A DNA stretch of 64,000 nucleotides from Cyanophora paradoxa CCMP329. Taxonomy: Eukaryota; Plantae; Glaucophyta. Below are positions 55,777 to 64,000 of this stretch, one piece after another. The translations under genes and the position numbers were made by a program. The stretch is from contig QPMI01000068.1 of assembly GCA_004431415.1 (NCBI GenBank), positions 135,786-199,785 on the forward strand, given 5' to 3'. Every line of letters begins with the position of its first letter. Position 1 is the first letter of the stretch. The notes below the pieces were generated by a model. It made no database searches, was not told the DNA's origin, and saw only the letters and a program-made list of their open reading frames with translations.

Positions 55777-58700
55777 ATGTCTCGGCTCGCGCTCCCTCCG
55801 GAGATCCCGGCTAAGCTGGCGAAGAACACGCTGTACGACGTTCTCTGCGTCGGCGACAGCTTCGGCGTCGATTGGACGGTTTTCGAGGCCGGCATCAGCG
55901 ACCAGGCGAAGGAGGCGCAGGCGCGTGCGCTGGAGGATGGCATGCAGTTCAGCCCGAGCAGCAAGGATGTGCTGCGCAAGACCGAGCTGGCCGAGCGCAA
56001 GCGCAAGCTCGCCGCGGCGCGGACTTTGAACGCCGAGGGTGCCCCCGGCCCGTCGGTGCAGTTCTCCATCGACTCCGTCCTGTCGCGGCTGCGGCTCGCG
56101 GAGGTGCTCGCTGCCTCTTTCTCCCTCACGCGCCCGGCTCGCAGCGGCTGAGGCGCCGCCGCGCTCGCAGGACGCGGACGTGCGGGCGATGCACGCGGCG
56201 CTGAACATGACGGAGGAGAACTTCGACACGCCGAGCAAGCCGAAGCCCGGGCGCGATTCCGACGCCCGCCGGCTGTTCGCGGCGCAGCGCCTGCGGCTGC
56301 TCATGGGCGCCGTGCCCGGCACATCGCCAAGGGCGAGTGGCGCACGATTGGCCTGCTGGCGGGCCCGGAGGAGTTCTACTTCAACCGCATGGCGGAGGCG
56401 GCCCCGCACCTGCTCTGGCTGCTGGTGCTCAGCTCGGACCCGGCCTACACGCCCGAGGTGCGCCCCGGCCGCCCGTGCAGCCGCGGCCGCCCCTCCCCGC
56501 CGACCCCCGCCGGCCCGCAGAGGCTGGCGAAGGGCATCATGGGCGTCGAGGCGCGCTGCATCATGCGGAACAGCCGCGCGTTCATCACGCGCCACGAGAG
56601 CTCGGCGGTCTGGGGCGAGCGGCCGGACACCGGCGTCCTCACCGACGCCTACGCCATCCGCATCGTGCTGGAGGCGGCCTGCCGGACGTGCCGGGACCGC
56701 CACGGGCGCCAGGGCATCTGCGCCTTCGACCTGGTTCCTGAGTTCGAGGTGCCCGGCGTCACCATCGGCGACCGCGTGCAGGTGCGCCGTTTCTATTTGG
56801 ATGCTATTTAGATGCTATTTAGACTATTTAGATGCCATTTAAACCCCCTCGCAGGTCATCCGCCGGTGCTCGATGCCGGACTCGCACGGGCGGCCCATGA
56901 TCCACGGCGCCGTGAAGTACGTGGTGCCGCGGCGCACCCTCGCCCTCACCTTCTTCGTCCCCGTCTTCGACAAGGCGGCCGCCGCCGCCGCCGCCGCCGC
57001 TCCCGCCCCCGCCCCATGCTCGCGGCCGCGGAGTCCTCGGATTCCGACTCGGATTCCGAGGCGGAGCGCGAGGCCGAGGCCGCCGCCGCGGCCCGGGCGC
57101 TGGACTTCACGGAGGAGGAGCTGGAGCGGGCGCGGAGCCTGCCGCGCGCCGGCCAGGCGATGGCCGCGGCCTTCCAGGCGGCGATCGGCGAGGCGACGGC
57201 CTCCGCCTCGGGCGCCCGGGCCGGCGGCAGCATGATCACGGCGGAGGGCCTCGCGCGCGCCATGCGCGTGGCCCAGGCCCAGGCCCAGGCGAAGGGCAAG
57301 GGCAAGGGCAAGGCCGCCTACATCGACCTGCGGTTCGAGGAGGAGGAGGCGGGTGCCCCGGCGGCGCGGCGCGATCTCGGCGAGGAGATGGAGGCGGCGG
57401 CCCCCAAGGCGGCCGGTGCGCCCTCCCCGCCCCTAATTTCTGAGCCTAGGGCGTTCCAGAGGCGCAAAGGAATGACCCTGCCCACAGAGGAGGAGCTGGA
57501 GGCCGAGCGCGAGATGGAGATGGAGGCCGCGCTGGCGGCGGCGGCGGACGCGAAGGCCTCGCGCGAGCTGGAGGTGGCGGAGGAGTACGCGATGGAGCTG
57601 GAGCGCGAGCGCGAGCGCGAGGGCGAGCCCGATGCGGAGCTGGCGGCGACGGTGGAGGCGGGGCGGGGGACACCTTCGAGCCCGAGCCCCCGTCGACGAG
57701 TTCTACCCCCTCCCGCCCTCCCCCTCCCTCGACGGCGCCCCGCCGCCGCCCATCGAGGAGTTCTCGGACGACGAGCCCGGCGACGCCGGCCCCAGGCCGC
57801 CCCTCGTCTCCCCCGCCGCCCGCCCGCCCCGTGCCCCCCGCCAGCCCCGCCGCCTCCGACGTCTCCTGGCGCCCGAGCGGCAACCCCTCGGCCTTCAGTC
57901 CCTTCCGCCCTCGCAGCCCTCGCAGCGCCCGCCGCCCTCCGTCCAGGGTACCCCCTCGCCCGCCCCATCCCCTCGCCGCCGCGGGGCACGCCCGTCGCCA
58001 CGCCCGCCTCCTCCCTCGGCCACATGCCCCCTCCGCCCCTCCGGCCCCCGCGCCGGCCGCCTCTCCCGCCGGGCCCAGCAGCGGCGCGAGCGCGAGCGGC
58101 AGCTGCTGCGCGATCAGCGGGCGGAGGCGGAGGCGGACCACGACGACGGCCAGGCGTCGGAGAGCGACGGCGAGCCGCCGCGCGCCACCAGGCTGGAGCT
58201 GGCGCGGGCGGAGCTGGCGGTGCAGCCGCGCGAGGCGCCCGAGATCGACATGTCCAAGTACGACGACGTGACAACGTACAGCAAGGACAACAAGTCCAAG
58301 AAGGAGGCGGCCATTCAGGATGCGCTCCGCCTCTTCGTCAAGAACAACGTGCGCCCGCCCCCCTTAGCTGCGCGCCCCGCCCCCTTAGAGGCCGGAGGCG
58401 GCCGTGGCCCAGCTGCTTAAGGCGCTGGCCCGAGCCGCCTTCGGCCGGTGCGCCCCCTCCCCGCGTTCGAACCCCGCTAACCCCTTTTGCCGGCGCAGCG
58501 GATCGTGCGCCAGAGACCCTACGGCCCGAACTCCCCGCCCACCTTCTACGTCGAGCTCCCGAACCTCTTCGTGTACGACAAGGTCAGCGCGAACAGGCAC
58601 GCCGGGCGCGGGACGATGAAGGAGGTCATCCAGCTGCTGGCGATGACCTTCCACAAGACCTACGAGTCCAACCCCGGCTCCTTCGAGTTCACCTTCTCGA

Positions 58701-60950
58701 AGGAGGTGCTCTCGGGGCGGACGCGCACGTTCGTGGAGGAGTCCCTCCAGCTCGAGGACGTCTGCCCCGAGATGCCCGTCATCCCCGGCTTCGCCTTCGC
58801 CTGCGACACGCGTGCGCCGCCCGTACCCCTGCGCCCCGCCCCGTACCCCCGCCGACGCCCCTTGCGCAGATTTCGTGGTGCGGGCGCCGCAGGACAGCAC
58901 GGGCAGCGCCTGCGTCCTCGTCATGACGCACGAGGAGGCACGGGAGCGGTACGCGGGCTACATGAACACCTGCTACATCCAGGGGCGCCTGCCCGCGGGC
59001 ATCGAGGAGGCGACCGAGACCTGCGACTGGCCCACGTGTACGGCATGCTGCACCCCTTCATGCCCAACGTCGTCAAGCACCTGGCGGACAACGGCTACGT
59101 GACGGCCGACGAGTTCGGCTACGCGGCGGCCGTCCTCTACGCCTTCAACCTCGTCGGGCCGTGGAACTTCTGCGACAAGCCCGTCTTCGACCGGGAGCCG
59201 CGCGCGGAGATCGAGCCGCCGTCCGAGGGCGCCATGCTGCAGTACTGCGGCATCATCAAGGCCAGTCGGGCACAGGCAAGTCGATGGTGACGCAGATCAT
59301 GACGGAGTGCCTGCCGCCGGGCCGCGTCTGCGTCTACCGCCCTCCAAGGGCTCGGCCTTCTCGGAGCACGGCGGCGAGGAGGCGATCTGCATGGTGATGG
59401 CGGAGGGCCTCGACCCTAAGGCCTGCTCGGAGGAGGAGCTCAAGATGCGCTCCGGCGACGCCTACTCCGCAACTTCAAGAACGTCCGCGGCGACGATGTG
59501 CGCACCAAGGCGACGCGCAAGGTGCTTGTCATCGTCTGCAACAGCTTCCCGCAGGTGCGCCCGTTCCCTGCCCCCTTCCCTTCCCCGGCGCCCTTTCTCA
59601 CTTGCCCCGGCGCAGCTCGAGAACCGCATGCTCGAGTTCTTCGCCCGCGTCGTCCTGATCCCCCTCGACCACAAGCCGGCCAAGAAGCGCACCTACCTCC
59701 ACTCCGACATCCGCGAGAACGAGCTGCCGGCGCTCATGGTCGCGCCTTCACCTTCGCGTGGAAGATCATCCACGCGCTCTCCGACGGCAAGGCCTCCTGC
59801 ATCCAGCCTTCGAGCCGGCGTGGCTGCGGGCGCAGCGCCTCGGCTTCTGGCAGGAGACGGCCTCTGTCCCCTCACCCGCTTCATCATCGCCCACTGCGCC
59901 GTCGACCCCACCACCTACGTCGCCGCCCCGAACACGGAGGGCTACATGACGAGCGTCGCGGCATCGTCGAGTACATCGCGCGCACGGAGGGCCCCGACAC
60001 CTCCGCCGCCGTCGGCGCCGACATCGAGAACGGCCGCTGGACGAGACCCTCGCCGGCTTCGGCTCCTGGTGCCGCCCCTACTCCTACAAGCTCGGCGGCG
60101 TCTGGCAGACCTACATCCGCGGCATCGTCCCAAGGCCCCGCTCTCCCTCGGCGAGAGCCAGCCGGCGCTGGAGGCGATCGCGATCCCCGTCGCCCAGTTC
60201 AAGGACCCGGCGCCCGACGTCGGGCCTTCCTCGTCAAGCCCCACACCAAGGCAAGGGCAAGCGCACCCGCAACTCGGCGCCGGCCTTCCTCCCGCCCAGC
60301 CCCCGCCACGGCCCCCCAGCAGCGCCCCGGCCAGCAGCGCATCGACGAGATGCTGCCGCGCCAGGTCCGGCCCGCGTACCCCCGCCTTCCCTCCCGTACC
60401 CCCCTCCCCCGCCCCCCTCCTGATCCAAGGGCAGGGTACCCCGACGAACGGCGGCGCGGGCCCGAGCGGCTACGGGAGCTCGGCCTCCTCCGCGAGCGCG
60501 ACGGCCCCAGCCCCCTCCCGGCCCGGCGCCGTCCTCACCGCGATCCAGGCTTCGGGGCCCAGCAGGAGGCGAGCGGCGGCGCTGGCGGCGCGCCAGGCGC
60601 GCGAGGCGGAGGAGCGGCGCCAGGCCCTCTGGGCCAGCGCCTGCAGGCCACCATCGCCTCCGCGCCGAGCTGGACTCCGGCTTCCGCGCCGGCCAGATCG
60701 CCGGGGCGGAGGCTCGGAGCGCTGGCGGGCGTTCGAGGCGGAGTCGGCGGGGCTGGCGAAGGGCCTCGGCTACAGCTACCGGCGTGCCCGTGCTCAAGGA
60801 CTACGCGTCGGCCGCGGCGCGGAGGCCTCGCGGGCGAGATCGACGCGGCGGAGAGCAGGCGGCGCGCGAGGAGGCCGAGGACAACGCGCGCTTCCGGCAC
60901 CTGCACCACTGAGGCCCGAGGCGGTATTTTTTCTCAACCCTCCTCAATTC
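55777..60950 (+). CDS. Very large intron-containing protein with C-terminal divergent D5/SF3 helicase (several 1-nt indels)
   Basis: Walker A GQSGTGKS (59260-59283), Walker-B-like ICMVMAE, SGD...FKN motif B', sensor-1 LVIVCN.FP, FFAR.VLIP arginine finger. Introns at 56104-56170, 56458-56520, 56782-56854, 58349-58498 and 59555-59615. Confidence 0.7.
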
Positions 60951-61399
60951 GGTCCCGCGATGGCCTTCGAAGCTTATCCTGCCCACTACTCGCTAGGAGC
61001 GCTGGCGCGACCCTCACCTGGCTCCTCGGCGGCACCCCCACGGCCTCGGCGGTCATAGCGTGGGCTTCGGCTACGCCGCAAGTCCCTCTACGCCCCGGCG
61101 GCGCTCGCAGGCGGCGGCCGGCATGCGCCCCGCCGGCGCTAACTTTTCAAAGTTCATTCTCCCCTCCCCTTTTCCGAGTTCCGAGTCCGTTGGCGTTCCC
61201 TTTTAAATTTTCTTCATTCTCGTTACACGTTCGAGATGTCGAGCGCGGTAGAGAAGCTGCTGTCACCGTGTTCAATCGGATTCGCGATGCAGCAAGATCG
61301 GCGAGGCGGCGAGGGCTAAGGCGGGGCGGCGGCGGAGGGCCAGGGTGAAGGCGGCGGATCCGCGCCGCCGTCGCTGAAACGTCAAGGGGCGGGCAAGGG

Positions 61400-62123
61400 C
61401 AGGAGCGTGGGGGCGCTGCCCCTCGTGGCGATCGCGCCGGGGCAGAGGGAGGCGCGCACGCGGCGACGGCGGCGCTGGCCGCGCGGCGCCAGGCGGAGGC
61501 CTACCCGTGCCTGGGCCGGGGCTGCACCCGCCGGCCGACCGCCCCTACGCCGTGAGCGCCTACTTCGACGAGGCCAACCGGCTGAGCTGCCAGGAGCTGT
61601 GCGACAACCGCATGCGGCGCGCCGTGGACGGGCACCTGCCGCTGCTGGTGGCGCTGGCGGCTCGCTCCTGATGGTCTGGTACCTGCGCGGCCTGGTCATT
61701 TAGATAGTTTTCGAAGTCTAGGTCAAAGATGGCTGGGTGGACGCCGTGCTGACCAAGGTCTTCGGACCGAAGAGCGCGCAGCCGCCGCCGAGCTTCAACC
61801 TGGCCGCGGCGATCAGCACGACGATCGAGCGCAAGAACAACGACTCATCCTAAAGAACGACGGCAAGCTTCCCTGGGCCGACGTGGCCGCGGGCGCACTC
61901 GGCAGCACGCTGACGGAATCGATCGGACGCGCCGCGGGCGTGAAGGTCGGGCAGGCGTTGCGGCCGTGCCGGAGCTTGCGATGAAGGCTGGCACTACGCC
62001 AAGATCGCCCCGGCCGTCGCCGCCGGTGCTCCTTGCGATCTGGCTCGCGTGGCAGCTGCGCGGCGCCTACCAGGGCGCGCGCCTGCAGAGCGCCCAGCTC
62101 GACTATTTTCTAAAGGCTAGGTA
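61400..62123 (+). CDS. Two small frameshifted ORFs with C-terminal hydrophobic (TM-like) segments
   Basis: ..YFDEANRLSCQELCDN..LLMVWYLRGLVI* (stop 61703); next ORF from ~61729 WVDAVLTKVFGPKS...LLAIWLAWQLRG..LDYFLKAR*; frames were reconstructed across indels. Confidence 0.4.
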
Positions 62124-62157
62124 AAGCGAGCGAACCATGCGCGGCGGCTCTTCCCCC

Positions 62158-62511
62158 CGTGTTTCCTTCGCTGAGAACCCGGTGGCGAACGCAGTCGCCC
62201 CTACCCCCCTGGAGCCCGGAGTGAAGCTGGAGCGTGCGAACGCAGTCTCCGTCAAGAAGGCCAAGCGCACGCTGGCGCTGGAAGTCCCGGTCGCGGAGGA
62301 TACGGAGAAGGTTGCATTCAACAAGCGCAAGACGTACAAGGCGATACGCGAGGGACAGCTGCTGCCCACGGACTCGGTTCCCGGGCTGCCGGGCACCACG
62401 GCCGGCGAGCTCCTAGTGCGCAACCTGCGCCTGCAGTACGTCTCCCGCCTCCGCCGCTCCAAGGCCAAGAAGGCGCGCCTGGACTCGGGCGATAGCAGCT
62501 CTAGCTCGTAG
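62158..62511 (+). CDS. Small basic hypothetical protein
   Basis: Track ORF 62137-62511; K/R-rich, compact, intronless; start position uncertain. Confidence 0.5.
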   Translation, partial: RVSFAENPVANAVAPTPLEPGVKLERANAVSVKKAKRTLALEVPVAEDTEKVAFNKRKTYKAIREGQLLPTDSVPGLPGTTAGELLVRNLRLQYVSRLRRSKAKKARLDSGDSSSSS

Positions 62512-62822
62512 GGCTCTGTACTGTTGTATTCAATGCCTTTACCAGTTCCTGTTTCCTATCCCAGAGCACGACTCGGGTGAAGGGCACGGTCATAGCGAAC
62601 ATGAACTCGGCGAACTTTGCAAAGTTCATCAGGGTTCCCAGGCGGGATCCTCCCAGTAGATCGCCTCGCGCAGCGCCTCGTAGACGCGCATGAGGGAGCG
62701 CTCGTTCTCCGTCGCGAAGGCGTCGCCGGGCTCGTCGGGGTCGGGATCCGTGAGCTCGGAGTACTCGTCCGAGCTGCCGCGCTCTCGGCACCTGCGGCGG
62801 GGTCGGGCGAGGGGTCGGGCAT
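62501..62822 (-). CDS. Small hypothetical protein (frameshifted)
   Basis: Acidic N-terminal part followed by LGTLMNFAKFAEFMFAMTVPFTRVVLWDRKQELVKAL. Confidence 0.4.
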
Positions 62823-62850
62823 TCTCTAAGTTAGAAGGGCTAGAAAATCA

Positions 62851-63198
62851 CTAGCAATCACGGGCGCCGAACTCCATCGAGTCGCCGCGCCAGTACTTGT
62901 TGCCGGAGGCGAGCAGCTTCATCGGCTCGCCCGTCGAATCGTGCTTCCAGGCCTCGCCGTCCCAGAGGGCCGTGCCGCCGTCCTCTAGCTTGAGGCGGTG
63001 GCCCGGCTCGAGCCGGTTGCCGTCGAGCATGCGGCCGGCCATGAGCGCCAGGTCCCACTCGGTGAGGTTGCGCTGCTCTGCGGGGGTGAGGCCGCGCTCG
63101 ACGCGCTCGGGCTGGCGCGCCTCGCGCTCCATGCGGCTGAGGCCTACCAGGAAGAAGATGGGCAACGCAAAGGCCATGAGATCTAGCAGGGCCTCCAT
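62851..63198 (-). CDS. Small protein with N-terminal hydrophobic anchor (MEALLDLMAFALPIFFLVGL)
   Basis: Within track ORF 62851-63291; probable ATG at 63198. Confidence 0.55.
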   Translation of the reverse strand: MEALLDLMAFALPIFFLVGLSRMEREARQPERVERGLTPAEQRNLTEWDLALMAGRMLDGNRLEPGHRLKLEDGGTALWDGEAWKHDSTGEPMKLLASGNKYWRGDSMEFGARDC

Positions 63199-63208
63199 TG
63201 GGCAAGAC

Positions 63209-63493
63209 TTAGAAAAGGTTCCGGACCAGGCCCGAGAGCTGCGGGCCCAGGCGCCGGGCGGCGTAGTAGAGCGCGGCCGCCGCCGCCGCAAGGATCAGAA
63301 GGCGCGGCGGGCCGCGCGCCGGCTCCTCCAGGGTCAGGTCCACGGTCTCCGCCCGCGCGCCGGAGCCGCCAGGATCTCGGGCTCGAGCAGAGGGACTTGG
63401 GCCCGCGGCGGCGGCGCTGCTTGGGCGCCGAGGCGGCGGCGTGAGAAGGTCCTCAGGCTCCTGCTTGATACCTGCGCAATCGGTGAAGTCCAT
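63209..63493 (-). CDS. 94-aa protein with C-terminal TM-like segment
   Basis: Compact ORF; IKQE and TVDLT short motifs; LLILAAAAAALYYAA hydrophobic stretch. Confidence 0.55.
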   Translation of the reverse strand: MDFTDCAGIKQEPEDLLTPPPRRPSSAAAAGPSPSARARDPGGSGARAETVDLTLEEPARGPPRLLILAAAAAALYYAARRLGPQLSGLVRNLF

Positions 63494-63564
63494 GCTTGCT
63501 GGGTACCTTTGGAAATTGTGGGAGGCGTCCGGAGTGTGGCGAACGTAGCTCCAATGGGATTTGC

Positions 63565-64000
63565 CATTTACGTCCGCGTCATTTACGTCACGGAGTTTGC
63601 CGGCGACTCGGACTCGGGCCCAACTTCTCCCGGTAAGTTCGAGACTTGAACTCGGCGGGGGTACCCCCGGTGTCCTAGTGTCCTAGTGTCCTAGTGCTAC
63701 TAGCTAGGTGGTATCGATATCTAGCTAGCTAGCGCTAGCGCTTGCTTAATTAATAACCTGAAGGGTCGCGTCATTTACGTCAGCGTCATTTACGTCACGG
63801 AGTTTTGCCGGCGACTCGGACTCGGGCCCAACTTCTCCCCGGTAAGTCGAGACTTGAACTCGGCGGGGGTACCCCCGGTGTCCTAGTGTCCTAGTGTCCT
63901 AGTGCTACTAGCTAGGTGGTATCGATATCTAGCTAGCTAGCGCTAGCGCTTGCTTAATTAATTAACCTGAAGGGTCGCGTCATTTACGTCAGCGTCATTT
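63565..64000. repeat. Tandem repeat array, ~207-209-bp unit (starts 63565, 63772, 63981), continuing past the window end
   Basis: Unit contains doubled GTCATTTACGTCA, GGGGGTACCCCC, (GTGTCCTA)3, CTAG runs and TTAATTAA. Confidence 0.95.

Larger units (their letters stand above)
50064..64000. mobile_element. Second, GC-rich endogenous virus-like gene cluster (boundaries uncertain; continues past the window end)
   Basis: YqaJ exonuclease, D5/SF3-like helicase, tightly packed small intronless ORFs at both flanks, terminal tandem array. Confidence 0.6.

Noticed and set aside
1-64000. tRNA, rRNA, integrase (RVE or tyrosine recombinase) and adenain-type protease genes
   Set aside because: No recognisable motifs in this window; the viral integrase or protease may lie left of position 1.

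Overview
Eukaryotic (GC-rich protist/alga-like, short GT-AG introns) genomic window made mostly of mobile and viral DNA. (1) 1-24733: AT-rich endogenous Polinton-like/virophage-like virus. It encodes a Polinton-type pPolB with an in-frame stop, a Prim-Pol/D5 SF3 primase-helicase, an A32-like packaging ATPase, a double-jelly-roll-like MCP and two divergent minor-capsid-like genes. Its structural module is amplified to 3 copies by two nested tandem duplications (4992 bp and ~7487 bp). It also has a 93-bp iteron-hairpin element in two inverted copies, giant-virus-like promoter motifs, and a right end closed by a 28-bp inverted repeat. (2) 25314-36958: an 11.6-kb element with Ngaro-like split direct repeats (A1...B1-A2...B2, no TSD) whose interior is two GC-rich satellites rather than RT/YR genes. 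(3) 37-50 kb: host-like DNA with a hAT MITE (8-bp TSD, empty paralogous site nearby) and intron-containing genes (SAM-like, BTB/KCTD-like, coiled-coil). (4) ~50-64 kb: a second, GC-rich virus-like gene cluster: YqaJ exonuclease, two paralogous unknown-domain ORFs, a large spliceosomal-intron-containing D5/SF3 helicase, a divergent intron-containing partner gene sharing a 29-aa motif with it, small membrane ORFs, and a ~208-bp palindrome-rich tandem array. Most frameshifts are 1-nt homopolymer deletions and are probably long-read consensus errors. All calls come from motif recognition by eye; no database searches were run.
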